Positions 48,205 to 61,972 of a DNA stretch of 64,000 bases are shown in pieces (the stretch's first letter is position 1; each line of letters opens with the position of its first letter). Source of the DNA: Squalus acanthias (lineage: Eukaryota); assembly GCA_030390025.1 (NCBI GenBank), contig CM059438.1, forward strand, positions 69,442,001 through 69,506,000, given 5' to 3'. Under the pieces are notes generated by a model. That model worked only from the letters and a program-made list of their open reading frames with translations, was not told the DNA's origin and did not search any database. Made by a program: the position numbers and the translations under genes.

Positions 48205-48428
48205 AGAAAGAAAGAAGACTTGCATTTATATAGCGCCTTTCACGACCACCGGACGTCTCAAAGCGCTTTACAGTCAATGAAGTACTTTTGAAGTGGAGTC
48301 GCTGTTGTAATGTGGGAAACGCGGCAGCCAATTAGCGCACAGCAAGCTCCCACAAACAGCAATGTGATAATTACCAGATAATCTGTTTTTTGTTATGTTG
48401 GTTGAGGGATAAATATTGGCCAGGACAA
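48205..48428 (-). mobile_element. Deu-domain SINE 3' part, followed by purine/G-rich tract 48453-48600
   Basis: Reverse complement of SINE core and tail. Confidence 0.8.
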
Positions 48429-49321
48429 TCAGCAAAAGAATAATGATTAACTGAGGGGGAGGGAGAGGACAGGAGGTGGAGGGGAGAGAGGGGGTCGGGG
48501 GGAGGTGAGGAAGGAGGGGGAGGGGAGGAGCAGGAGGGAGAGGAGGGGAGGTGGAGGGGGCTGGGAGGAAGTCGGGGGGCGGGGGGGGTGGGTGGGGTGT
48601 CCAGATTCCTCCTACCAAGCCTATTCCTATGATGTTATATTAGCAGCCTCTTAAACAGAAGTATTCCCAAAAAAAAGGTCAGAGAAAGGATTTTAAACAT
48701 AACTTTGATTCTTTTTATATGTGTGAACCCAGCTTATGAGACTCCATCTTTAAACTGGTACTGAAATGTACTGGATGTAGGAATCAACTGTCTTTTTGCT
48801 AGGATAGATACTTATGCTATCAATGTGAATTCTGAGACCAGGGGTCACATTTGTACAACAGAGTCCTTGTTAATGTGGCATCATTTACTGACATAAATTC
48901 TCCTGTTTACTGCTGTTTTAATATAGGCGTAAAATAGCATGGCATTAGTGACCTGACTTGTGCAGTCTAATTACGCAGTTGTCTGCCTTCAACAAGATGA
49001 TGTTTGCAGTAGTAATTATATAAAAAGACTCAATGAAACTCTGCTAATTACAGAATTAAATGTTAATGCACACTGGTTAGGGGCTGTTTGGTTGCGGTGT
49101 CCAGTGTTATACAAAGATGCTTTGTCATGTATCTTTGCAGCTTACATTTTTGCATACATCATGTTCTTGCTGATAATATAATCCATTACAAATACGGTGC
49201 AGTGGATAATAGAAAGTGCACAGAAATTTTGGATAACAAAATGTGAATTAATCTTTCAGTGATGGATTCCCTACTGGCTCAGTGGGTAAAAGCCCTTTTT
49301 GATGTAGTACTAAGCTTTGTG

Positions 49322-50527
49322 TCAGTTGTGGCTCAGTTGGTAGCACACTTGCCTCTGAGTCAGAAGGTTGTGGGTTCAAGTCCCACTCCAGACTTGAGCA
49401 CATATTGGCCCTGAAATTCGCCCCTCAGCTTGCCGCGGGGGTAAGGATCACACGCGCACTTACCTACCGCGCCTGCCGTTGACCTCTGGGCCCACGGGAA
49501 CTTCAGCTCCTGGGCCTGCTCCAAGTGCCGGCGCGCAGTGCTTGCGTGTCCCAGGGGCGTAGTTAGTGCGATGCGTCCCCTGGGATCACGTGGGCCATGG
49601 AGAGCCAATGGCAGCAGACCATCTTTCATTCATAGATTTGACAGGAGACCTGTCAAATCTGTGAATTGAAATCGGCCCCAAAAGAACAGCTAAACTTAAA
49701 ATAATTTTTTAAAAAACCATCACATTTATAAAATAACTATAAATCAAATAAATTAACTACTTTAAACAAAAATTTACATTTTTGAAAAAATTAAAATACT
49801 TTTTAAGAGTGCTAAAAATAAACTTACCTTTCTTTAAAGTATCTAAAAAAGATAAACCTGTTGAAAATTTTTTTAAATTATAATTAATTAACCACTTACC
49901 TTGTTGAAAACGGGTCCTTGGCCTCCTTTTTAAAAGCGCAGGTTCTTCAATACTTACCCTCCCGTAGAAACCTGAATAAAAACCTAAGTTTGCTGCATGC
50001 GCGCAGCCTCTACCGCGCACGCGGTTCACCTATGAACCGCCCCTTTCACCAGACCGGAAGTTCCGGTTTCCGGCGCGTTCGCAGTGCATGCAGGAAACCG
50101 GCACTTCAGGACGCCTTACGGGTGAGTACGCACTGTGTACTCACCCGGCAAGGGCCAAATTTTTGGCCCAATGTTAGGCTGACACTCCAGTGCAGTGCTG
50201 AGGGAGTGCTGCACTGTCTTTTGGATGAGACGTTAAACCAAGGCCCCGTCTGCTCTCTCAGGTAGACGGAAAAGATCCCATGGCACTATTTCGAAGAAGA
50301 GCAGGGGAGTTATGCCCGCTGTCCTGACCAATATTTATCCCTCAACCAACATAACAAAAATAGATTATCTGGTCATTATCACATTGCTGTTTGTGGGACC
50401 TTGCTGTGCGCAAATTGGCTGCCGCGTTTCCCACATTACAACAGTGACTCCACTTCAAAAGTACTTCATTGGCTGTGAGATGTCCGGTGGTCGTGAAAGG
50501 CGCTATATAAATACAAGTCTTTCTTTC
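49322..50527 (+). mobile_element. Deu-domain SINE split by family-B MITE
   Basis: tRNA head 49322-49406 (TGGCTCAGTTGG, GGTTCAAGTCCC); remainder 50170-50527. Confidence 0.82.
49407..50169. mobile_element. Harbinger-type MITE (family B)
   Basis: TIR GGCCCTGAAATT / GGGCCAAAAATT; boundaries defined by the split SINE. Confidence 0.82.
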
Positions 50528-52877
50528 TATAGATCATGAAGGTTCTCGGTTCAATCCTGAATTCAACTGGATTAAGTAAATACAGCCAAACCTGTGATGG
50601 GACACCACATTTGGCTTATGTCTGGTTGGATGACAAAATACAACTCGGGCTCCCGCTTCTGATCGCAAGCCAGTGATTGGTGTTAAGTGTGGACAAAGGA
50701 ATGAACTGTGCTTGGCTGTGATGTGTCCCTTTGTTTAGTAGCCTGTTGACACAAACTTGCTCATTTATGACGAATGTTTACTTGACTGAGGTGGCAGACA
50801 GCCAGTATTTCCAGTAAACCATACCCCACCATGTGTTACTACCTTCAGATGAGGAGTGAGTGAGTGAGTGAGTGAGTGGAATTAAGATGGAAGGAAAAAG
50901 GTTGAACAAGAAAAAATACCAAAGACCTTGACTAATGAATTGCATGTATAAGAATGAAAGAACATGCATTTATATAGCACCTTTCATAACCTCAGCACAG
51001 TCCAAGGCACTTTACAGCCAATGAATTACTTTTGAGGTGTAGGATATTCTTTATGAAGAGGACAATGAACTGTTGCTTCACCTTGTCCATATCAAGCCAC
51101 ACTCGCATGTATGCTTGAAAAACAATCCACATAATCTTCTAGGCAGCAATAAGATTTCCTCAAGATAACAATGAGTGGCTATGAATAAAAGTGTGTTTGC
51201 TTTTCAAACCTGTTCAGTCTAATATGAAAGCATTTGGTTTAATATCTCAGCCTATATCTATTTATGTGTTAAAATGCCTGAAACCAAATGTTTTTGTAAG
51301 CTCCCAAGTTCTGGCTACACAAGAGGGCCATTTACATTAGAAGAGTGCAGCTACTGGCAGATATGCAGTTCTCCATCCTTGACCTGCACATATAAATATA
51401 AATCAACCATGGACAAAGGCAGAGACTGACTTGTTGGTGGGCCGAGTGAGCTGCATCAGGTACCCATTCCAATTCAAAAGTGCAAATCCATCATTTGTAG
51501 CATTGGGACTTGTAAGTTTGAGCTACCAGAAGAAAGCCTCAGGTAAATGTAGAAGGGAGAGCCTCAGGGGATGTAGCAGGTTTCCACTTGAGTGCCATGG
51601 GGCCCTCCTAGCAAATTTCAGATTGCCTAGCGACTGATAAAGCAACTCAGAAGCAAGCCTCTTCCTAACAGAACCAATTCTTCAGGTTTATCCTTGAACA
51701 GCCCTTTGAGATCAACCACCTGATTCTGCAAATTTAAAAACTTCAGATTTTGTGCAGAAGAAATATAGTAATGATACTTTGGGGGCTGGGCAGAGATTTA
51801 GAACACTGCCCTTCCAACTCTGGTGAGTGCCTAGGTTCCAAACGAGTCGGGGCAGTCACATTCCAAGATCCCAGTGGATATAAGCCAAGTGAAGAAACTT
51901 AACCTCAGTTTGACACTAATTTGGCAGTCGCATGCAGAAGCCACAGGGTTGGAACAATGGGAGAAGGAAAAGGTCACACCAGCGCAACTACCGGTTCTCT
52001 TCTGAGGCTGTGCTTGAGGTACACGAACAGGCTGAAATTATATGATTGTTGCTTATTTTTGACCTACACAAAAGCATCTACCTGGAAGTACTTGGAAGCA
52101 CTTACGAATTTAAAGGCAAGAGTGAAAAAATCGTGAAAAAAAAATATAAACTGGAATTATGGCAGTGCAGTTATACTGTGTTATTAGTGCCATTTAGTTA
52201 AAGCTTGAAAAAAATGAAAACTGTAGATGATGGAAGGTCAACATCTTGAATTTGATAAAAATGACTAGAATACATGATGAAAGGAGAAGTACCTTTTAAT
52301 ACTGGCTTCCGTCAGAGTAAGTACAGATGTCAGCAGCTTGTTATAGAGGTCTTTGCCTACCATTGACTTTCATCTCATAAAGAAAAGTATGGCTCTCTGC
52401 GGTCACCTTGGAATTTATGATTTTGCCCGCTGGTAAATGTAAACACGTACTCCCTTCACATACGCTAGAAATTCCAGATTATGCTGTACTGTTGCAGAAT
52501 ACTGAATTAATTCCTCAAGCATTTTGATGAATTTTAAATGCAGCAATACTGAGTTTTCAGTGGCTACAATTCATCCTTTTGAGTGCTGAAATGTTTGCTG
52601 CATAACCTCTTCCTCTGAATTATCGGTAGGTGATAGAATGGAAAACTCGTACGGATGAAAAATGCCCCTTACTTCAGTTCAATTTACTATTAGCAATGTT
52701 TCAAGAGGAGGCTTTGCACAGAAACCAGAAGTCCCATCATTAATCCTGTAATTCCTAACAGGAAAAAGTGTCATGGATGCAGGAGCGTCATTTGCCTTGC
52801 AGAGGCCCCCGTGCAGAGGTTCGGTTGGAGCCCTGACATTTTACTGGAAAATGATACTAAATACCACCTACTTAATC

Positions 52878-53128
52878 TAGGGTTGTCAACCCTGCAGGAT
52901 TGTCTTGGAGTCGCCATGAATTAAAGATAAATCTCCTGGACACTGCTGCCAGGACCATTAAATAAAATTGTGGGTTTTTTTTTCATTTTCTTTGATACTT
53001 TGGTTTATTAATTCTATAAATATTGGAGACGGGGAAAATGGATGTTTGACTGGGTGGGGCGGTTGGAGGCAGGAGGTCATGTGATGAAAACTCCAGGAAT
53101 ATATGTCCCCCTAAAGTTGGCAACCCTA
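52878..53128. mobile_element. hAT-superfamily MITE
   Basis: TIR TAGGGTTG(T/C)CAAC; exact 8-bp TSD ACTTAATC (52870-52877, 53129-53136). Confidence 0.88.
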
Positions 53129-55059
53129 ACTTAATCTGGTGTCAAATCTGTACACGTAGGATCGTGAAAAGGCATGATTGCAATCGATAACATATAAATT
53201 GTTGACAATAATCAAGGCTCATTACCACTGTGTAGGTGTCCTTTCACTGGATCCACTCAGAGCCTGGTGCAATTGCAAGGGTTGCATGATCCTATCGCTG
53301 CCCCTGCATGGCAACCCAGATACTATATGAGGTGATGTGCTCTTATTGAAATGGAAAGTCTGTGAATGACATCCACAGTCAATTAACTAGACGGGTGAAT
53401 GCAGAGTGAAGTGAAAGCACCAAGCTCACTGCTGAGTCTTCGTTCTTCAGGTTAAAATGTTCATGGTCACTTATCATTAAACATCAGGAGAAAGATGAAA
53501 ATACTTGAACCTCCACAGATGTAATCCAAGCAATATCCTACAATTAAAATGTTAGATCTTCACTACTTAAAGGTCAGGATGGTGTCACACTGGTACAGTG
53601 TGACTCCTAATCAAGTTTGTTCATGGGAATAATAAACATGGACGCCATGTTACAAGGTGTGCACTGCTTGAACTGTAGGTTTTACACACCATAGTGTGAG
53701 GGAAGTCTTTTACATGCCTTTTTTGTTGAATGTTTGATAGTGAGAAATTTCACTTTAGTTCCAGCTATTGGAACAAGAAGCGTGATGAATTCAATATTGT
53801 ACCTTTTTGCTCATTTTTCTGCATTTAGCTCTTGTTAACATTTTAAGAAGTTACCTTCCGGTGTTTTCCATGCGAAAGATGCAATACAGTGCAAAAGAAG
53901 TACAGTACACGTAAAGATAAGGTATTGAATACAGAATATGTCCCACAAATGGGGGAAGGAGAACCAAGGTGTCATTAAGTTGTGTGGATATTCCTTGTAC
54001 AATAGTTGCCAAATTGCCACATTCAATGACTTACGACTGATTATTATCTTTGTACCATGTGTGGTATAAAATAGAGGAAAATACTTTTGCTTCTATATTC
54101 AAATTGGAATTTTTCTAGTTTGCTAAAAGCAAGGACGGCCTCTTTCGTACCACCTGTGTGTATATATGAAGCTACATTTAACTATCACCAGAAGATGTTG
54201 TCCACCATGTTGAAAATTCCATTTGCACAGATAAAAGTTAAAAGGGCATCATTGCATTTAAAGATCAGTTGGGAAAGCCACCTTTTTTTGTTATGTGAAC
54301 ACACAAGAAAATTAGGAATTTCTCATCCATAATCGTCACTGTGCAGCATGCCCCACATGGTTTACGTGTATGGTCATCCTGTGTCATGCTTAGCACGGAG
54401 GCCTTCTTCATCCTTACTCTTCACATGGCGAGGGTCCCACTTTAAATATTGTGGGCAGGCAGCAACATAATAATTGTATATTTTTAGACTTTGTCACAAA
54501 GTTCGTTTACATTTTTAGCACCTTGAGAGTTAATAGTCGGTTCTTAAAAGGTTTGTGAAGAGCTTTGTTTTGGTGCCTGCACAGAACCTTACTGCCAACT
54601 ACTGGTCACAGCGATACACTGCCCACTGCATGTCCTTCCCAAACTGCTGGTGTAAAAATCTATTTCTCTATTTCCAATTACTCTGATTCAGAGTAATAGA
54701 AATTTAACCTGGCACAGTCACAAGTTACTTAAAGAATTCAGAGTATTATTGGAATGCAACTCAGGGGACTGAGTGGATTTGGAAGTTGGTTCCCAGTTCC
54801 CACACATGAATAAATTTGAAAAATAATAGTTGTTGACTAGCAAAAACTTATGGGATAGAATCCACTCATTTATGCCTGTAATATCAGCTCAATCCGAGTG
54901 GAATCAGCCGAAACAGCGCAAAAGATTGGGGAATTTTAAACATAAGTGAGTTACGCCCAAAACCACTTGCGTTCATCATGTTTTCCACTATCTTTTTTGC
55001 TGGTTCAAGATTCAATTCATCTGAATCAGGCCCCGCCCAAAAAACTGGCCACGCCCATC

Positions 55060-55652
55060 TGCTGCTGAAACTCTCATCTATGTCTTTTGTTCTTTCCGGA
55101 CTCCATTGCTCCAATGTTTTCCTGGCTGCCCTCCCATCCTCCACCCTCTGTAACTATCAACTCATTTCAAAATCTGTTGCCCGTGTATTCTGCACCAAGC
55201 CCCGCTCATTCTTCACACCCGTCCTTACTGACCTGCATTGGATCCCGATCCCCCAGCGCCTCAAATTTAAAATTCTTAACCTTTTGTTGAAATCCCTTCA
55301 TGTCTTCATTTCTCCCTATCTCTATAACCTCCTCCAGCCATTTAACCCTGCTCCCCCCCTCCAAACTCCCTTTCTCTGACTTGAGCCTTTTGTGCTTACC
55401 CACATCCCTTCAGTCCATTTTTGGCAGCCTTGCCTTCAGCCAGCTAGGCCCCATGTCTGGAATTCCCTCCCTAAACCTCTTCACCTCCCTCTCCGCCTTT
55501 AAGCTGCTCCTTAAAACACCCTTGGCCAAGGTTTTGGTCACCCCTCCTAATATCTCCTTCTTTAACTTGGCACCCATTTTTGATTAAATTTTTGCGAAGT
55601 TTGGAACTTTTTTCCATGTTGAGGGTACTATATAAACGTACGTTGATGTTGT
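55060..55652 (+). mobile_element. Degraded L2 LINE 3' fragment
   Basis: TPVLTDLHWIPIPQRLKFKIL (L2 ORF2 C-terminus) and (GTT)-like tail. Confidence 0.75.
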
Positions 55653-55857
55653 TTTAATGAAGACCTTAAACAAATGCTGCCACAAATATTTGTATGAAGA
55701 TGAGTACAGAAATTCCAACTAGACAACGTATAGAGCAACCTGAATGCAATACCACAAAATAAAACTACTGTCAATAAGGGCACTGTGGATTGGATTTTAA
55801 AAAAATTGCCAGTCAAGAATTTGAATTTTGGCTTTTGGTAGAAATGGATTTTTTTTT

Positions 55858-56249
55858 TTAATTCATTCTTGTGATGTGGGCATCGCTGGCAAGGCCGGCA
55901 TTTATTGCCTATCCCTAGTTGTCCTCAGAAGATGGTGGTAACTGAGTGGCTTGCTATAGCAATTTCAGATGACAGTTAAGAGTTAACCACATTGGTGTGG
56001 GACTACAGTCAGGTAAAGGCCAGACTGGGTAAGGATGGTAAAGGACATCAGTGAACCAGTTTATTTTTTACTACAACCCAATAGCTTAATGGTCACTTTT
56101 ACTGATACCAGCTTTTTATTTCCAGATTTTTAAAACTGAATTCAAATTCTCAAACTGCCATAGTGGGATTGGAACTTGCGTTCTCCGGAGTACTAGTCCA
56201 GGCCTCTGGATTACTAGTCCAGTAACATAGCTACTGCACTGCCGTACCT
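55858..56249 (-). mobile_element. SINE with tRNA-like head sharing its 3' tail with the second LINE family
   Basis: GATGTGGGCATCGCTGGCAAGGCCGGCATTTATTGCC nearly identical to 44158-44195. Confidence 0.7.
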
Positions 56250-57890
56250 GTTACAAAATAAACAGATTACTGCAAGAAAAGCAAACCCTACTATTATTAT
56301 TCAAGTGTACATAATAGAAATGTTGCGTGACAAGAGATCAGTGGAACTGATACAACCTGAAGAGCCAGATATAGATCCAAATTATTTTCTTGAAACCTAA
56401 TTCTCAGAGGAACAGATAAAGTCAAGCACAGATAACAAGCTTACAGTATAAACCATACAGTACTGACGAATAAGAACAGAGGGAAGAGCCTGAAACAATT
56501 TATAAACAAAACAAAGAGAGCTGAACCAAATAGGGGAAGGCATCAAGCTAAACAGTACAGATGAACTGTCACAAGGTATTACTGAAGGAACTTTTCCCCC
56601 CTCCAGTCTGTCATTAATGGACTCTGACTTGTGTCCTTGTAACTGTTTTCACGGAGGTGCCATCAAGCAGTACCAAATAAAAGAGAGTGAAGTCAAACTG
56701 CGCGTGGCACAAACATTGAAGCAATATTTTGAGCAAAATCACAAACAAGTAAAAATCCCAGTGGTGTGATCGATCGTAGGTACCAATTTTGTTTGGGACC
56801 AGAATGATAGCCCAGGCAATATAGAGCCACTACACCAGCATTGGGGACAGCACCATTGCCACAAAGTTGATTTCAAGAATGTTTCCTCTGCGCTGGGTAT
56901 TTCAGGTTAAGCTTAGTTTCAGGGCAACTCAAAATCTACACTCGAATTCTGCTGATAGGGTAAATTTGACATATCTGTAGATTTGTTTTTTTTTAGTTTT
57001 CAGTAAAAGTCACCGTGTCCCCTTAAAAATGTAATCAATAAAAAAATAGTTACATGTTTGCAAGGCATTCTATAAATGCCCTTTTTTAATTGATGATTTG
57101 CTCCTACAAAAAATAAGACTAGTTCCACGGAAAGTAATTATTGTGTTACTGCAATTGAATTGACCCCTGATCTGAGTAAAAAAATTTCTGTGTGGAGAAA
57201 AATAACTTTAATTTGTTGATTGTCACCTCTTCAGAAATGACACTAATGTTCTGTGGTGCTGGATGATCAAGAGGAGAAAATAAATAAAACTGGTTCGCAA
57301 TGTCCGAATCATGGAGTAAGTGCACTAAGGTGTATTGGCAAACCTATTCCATCATCACAGAATCAGCAGGGTAAGTTTGATTTCTATCCTACAGAAGAGT
57401 GTGGCGCAATATCAGAGAGTGTGTATTTGTGGCTTTGTCACCAGTATAAGCTTTGAAGTTGGGCAAAGCCATTCTCAAGAGTGATCAGTTCCACAGAAGG
57501 AGATATTGAATATACCTCGTAGGAATAAAAACATTTTAGACTATGTATGTTGAAAATGAACTTTTTTTGAAAGAACCATGAAGAATGGGGAAGGGGGTGT
57601 GGTCTTATCTGTACATAAATTCTAAACTGCTGATTGTGTTTGGAAATTGGAAATTAAAATAGAAGAATTAAGTAATTTGTAAGAAACCCAAAGTTCTCAA
57701 AAGTGATTAAACATTATAGTATTAGTCACTAAATATATTACAATATTGCAGTTGCTACCATTTGTCCATGTACCTCAGGTCTATCCTCATTGTGGGATTA
57801 TTCCATTTTGGCTGTCTGAATGGAGAAAGGGGAAGTTTATGATGGTTGAAAGCGAGTGTGTAATGTCAAACTATGCTATCAAAAGTCTTT

Positions 57891-58694
57891 CATAGAATCA
57901 TAGAAAGTTACAGCACGGAAGGAGGCCATTTTGGCCCATCGTGTCCGCGCCGGCCAACAAAGAGCTATCCAGCCAAATCCCACTTTCCAGCTCTTGGTCC
58001 GTAGCCCTGCTGGTTACAGCATCCCAAGTGCACATCCAAGTACTTTTTAAATGTGGTTAGGATTTCTGCCTCTACCACCCTTTCAGGCAGTGAGTTCCAG
58101 ACCCCCACAACCCTCTGGGTGAAGAAATTTCCCCTCAAATCACCTCTAAACCTTCCACCAATTACTTTAAATCTGTGCCCCCTGGTTTTTGACCCCTCTG
58201 CTAAGGGAAATAGTTCCTTTCTATCCACTTTATCTAGGCCCCTCATAATTTTATACACCTCAATAAGGTCCCCCCTCAGCCTCCTCTGTTCCAAGGAAAA
58301 CAAACCCAGCCTATCCAGTCTTTCCTTATAGCTAAGATTCTTTACTCCCAGCAACATCCTTGTAAATCTCCTCTGTACCCTCTCTAGTGCAATCACATCT
58401 TTCCTGTAATGTGGTGACCAAAACTGCACACAGTTCTCTAGCTGAGGCCTAACTAGTGTTTTATACAGTTGAAGCATAACCCCCCTGCTCTTGTATTCTG
58501 TGCCACGGTTAATAAAGGCAAGCATTCCGTATGCCTTCTTAACCACCTTATCTACCTGGCCTACTACCTTCAGGGATCTGTGGACATGCGCTCCAAGGTC
58601 CCTTTGTTCCTCTACACTACTCAGTGTCCTACCAGTTAATGTGTATTCCCTTTCCTTGTTAGCCCTCCCCAAATACATTACCTCACGCTTCTCC
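57891..58694 (-). mobile_element. CR1 3' fragment
   Basis: ORF2 C-terminus in ORF 57965-58750; (ATTCTATG) tail. Confidence 0.92.
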
Positions 58695-58866
58695 TTGCCA
58701 TTGCATTTTAAACAAATTAATGTGAATGGTTTATTAATAACCTTCCTCAATGGCCATCTATCATCAGTTGTTTATGTCTCTGGGTACAATAAAAAAAAGG
58801 TTCTGTTTTTAACTGAGTGCCAATGAATACATGAAAGATCAAGTTGTTTAATCACGCAAAATCTAT

Positions 58867-60595
58867 GGGGGGAATTTTCCGGGGGGTCAGCAGGCGCGAG
58901 GGGTTGCAGGTCAGGTGGGAAAGAAAGTTTTTTTTGACAGTGCTCCTTTACCAAATGTCAGGTCTGTCAGCGCTGAGCAGACCCGACAGGCAGTGGCGGG
59001 GGAGGCAATTCAGGTCATTATGACCTTGTTAACAGAGGATTAACAACAATTTTGAGCTCACCTTTAGAATTTACCAGCCCGCCAACGGGCTCCACGTTGC
59101 TCGGGGACCAAGTCTGTTAAGCTGGGCGGGAGTTGAATGGCCATGGAATCATCTCATTACTTGACAGCGTGAAATGTGCTATAAAAGCTCCCATCTCACA
59201 GCTGTTTACTTTCCAAGCTCAAGCTGTTGCTTACTGCATTTGGAAGACAGATTGAGCTTTATGCAGGTTGCAAGTGTTTGGAGCAACTCCTTATCCAGTG
59301 TCACCTCATTGGAGCAACCTCTCTCACCATTGACAGATTGCTTCTGTCATCTCAAGTTCACCTGCCATCTAATCCATCAGCATGGATGCGGTTTATACTG
59401 TCTCACCTTGGTCCTCAGAATCTGACCACGATCAGCCGCAACAACAGCATCACCAACAACCACACCAACCTTCTTGGCAATCACTTGATGCTGCACAGGA
59501 CAGAGGGCATTAGCACCCGACCATATTGCTGCCCGGGATGCCAGGGATAGCCTCATCATGGCCAGATTTACTTCACTTGACGCTATACACCCTGGCTGCC
59601 ACATAATGTGCCAGGTTGGCACCACCACACACCAACAACATAAAGCATCCATACAATGCCCAAGCCATTCCTTTCACACTCATCAGCATTGCGGGGGGTA
59701 CCGTTATGTCTCAGTATTCACTGCAACTCACTAAGCCACTTCCAAAGGTGCACAGAAATCTGTCCCACAAAGCAAAGTGCTGAAAATAAAGATTTCAATG
59801 TTTGACAGCACACTAACAGAAACTTCACATGAACATTGCTAAAACACCCAAGTGCCTACCCTTGTGTGTTGTTAGTGGTATGATTGGACAAGGATGAGGG
59901 CGAGTGTGAGGGGTGGCTAGTGAGATGGGGATGTGATAATGTAGATAGAGAGGGATGGGTGGAGATGCAAGGTAAGTTGGTGTGAGTAAGGATGTGCAGG
60001 AGTAGGGTAGGGAAGGCAGAGTGATGAGGATGTGATGAATGGCACAGTAGGATGAGGTTGAGTGTGGCTTTGCAGTAACGTTTTGTGATTACTGAGATCA
60101 TTGAAAGGTTTGCGCCATTGCACCCAGGTCCTCCTGACAACATCCCTGCTTGTGCCCTCCTGTGCAATATGCAACCAGGCTGTGTTGCTCTCCTGGGGAG
60201 GTCACTTCCACCCATGGGAAGGGAAGAGCACCTCCCTGCATGCTGTGACTCCCTCCATAAGCATATGGGGGTGTCATGGGAGATCCTGGGTGCAGCCGTG
60301 CTCCTCTGTGCAGTGATTGTCAATGTTTGCAGCACCTCAATGCTGTAGAACACTGACAGCACAAATGTCAAACTAAATTTGCGCATGGTCCCTTTAAGGA
60401 AACTGGCTGAGGACTTGTCAGCAAATGATGTCATCAGACCCGTTTCCTTCAATTGGCCGCGGAACTCACTAGGCGGGCTTAACAAGCCCAACTGGGGAAA
60501 GTGAAGTCCGAGGCCGGGATGGAGACAGGTGCGGGGCCGGGACCCACCACCGACGTCGCCCGCCACGGACCCGCCAGGTAGGGGAAATCTTGGCT
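58867..60595. mobile_element. Harbinger deletion derivative (family C), second copy
   Basis: Left TIR GGGGGGAATTTT; - strand W.HIAQE...RRTWVQWRKPFNDL Myb/SANT remnant. Confidence 0.78.
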
Positions 60596-61511
60596 TAAGT
60601 GTGATCTAGTCATTGTAATTATTGTGGTGGAAATGTGAAGAGGTAACATTACAAGAATCTTAATGAATTCATATCTTCTTCCAAAAACACAATAGAAATT
60701 TACCATGGATTGGTTTATCACCAACTGTGAATAAAATCCGCATCAGCATTGGAAACCAAGACATTAAGTTAATTTCTAAAGTACCTGAACCCATTTAAAA
60801 GCCACTTAAGAAACAAAAGGATTAGCTTACCCGATGGCCCAGTTGGTAAAGTCAATATGTCACTGAGCCAGATAGACTAGAGATCCTGGATTCAGTCCCT
60901 GTGCTGAATCAGGTGATCTTTGCCAGCAGAGTAAGGGTTGTTTCTGAACCGCACAGGTGCGTACTTTAGGACCTCACGGCCACATTTGGGGGTAGTTTTG
61001 TGAGGATCCGCGCCCAGAGCTCCGCTAACAGTGAGTGTGGTTGCAGAGATGGCCTATTACACTGTAGCCCTGAGCTTTAAACAAAATTACCCCAGTGAAG
61101 TTTAAATCCATGGTCCTATTAACTTGTATATATCTCAAGTTGTGTGCTGTTCTGAATAATCAAGAACTGAGGCAACTGTGCTGAGAGAAATCGTTTCCAA
61201 ACCTCCAGGCCCACAAAATTAAAAGAGGGCAACCCAGTCAATAAGAAATATAAGCTCAAATAAGATAAACTTACTTGGGTTTCGAGGGCCAGATTTCCAA
61301 GGCTTGGGGGCACACCTTCAGTCGGGATGCTCCAAGCAGTCTTATGATTAACCCATGCTGGGATATGGTCTGGTACCTCACCGAAATAACTATTCTTTGC
61401 TTGTGATCTTTTGCACGAACTGTGAGAAGGTCTTTTTGATTGTGTAGAGCCTGATCCTGTCCTCAGCAGACATCTAAACAGAAAGATTTTCCGGTAGGGT
61501 GGTGATCACAG

Positions 61512-61972
61512 GATTACATAGGATATACGGCACAGAAACAGGCCATTCGGCCCAAACAGTCCATGCCGGGGTTTATGCCTCCTCTCGTCTTTCCTCATCT
61601 AAATCTATCAGCATCACCCTCCATTCCCTTTTCCCTCATACGCTTGTCTAGCCTCCCCTTAAATGCATCTACACTATTCGCTTCAACCACTCCCTGTGGT
61701 AGCGAGTTCCACATCCTCACCACTCTTTGGGTAAAGAAGTTTCTTCTGAATTTCCTATTGGATTTCTTGGTGACTATCTTATATTGATGGCCTCTAGTTA
61801 TGCTTTTCCCCACAAGTGAATAGATTCTTGCTGTATCCACTCCATCAAAATGTTTCATAATTTTAAAGACCTCTATTAGGTCACACCTCGGCCTTTTTTC
61901 AAGAGAAAAGAAACCCAGCCTGTTCATCCTTTCCTGATATGTATACCCTCCGCATTTCTGGTATCATCTTAA
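61512..61972 (-). mobile_element. CR1 3' fragment
   Basis: RLGFFSLEKR..DLIEVFKIM...WNSLP. Confidence 0.85.

Noticed and set aside
53857..53975. Hydrophobic - strand peptide ending at AAG|GTAACT
   Set aside because: No homology recognised; expected by chance in AT-rich DNA
60989..61093. 105-bp segment with GGGGTARTTTTG inverted ends
   Set aside because: Plausible mini-MITE, but no TSD and no second copy in the window
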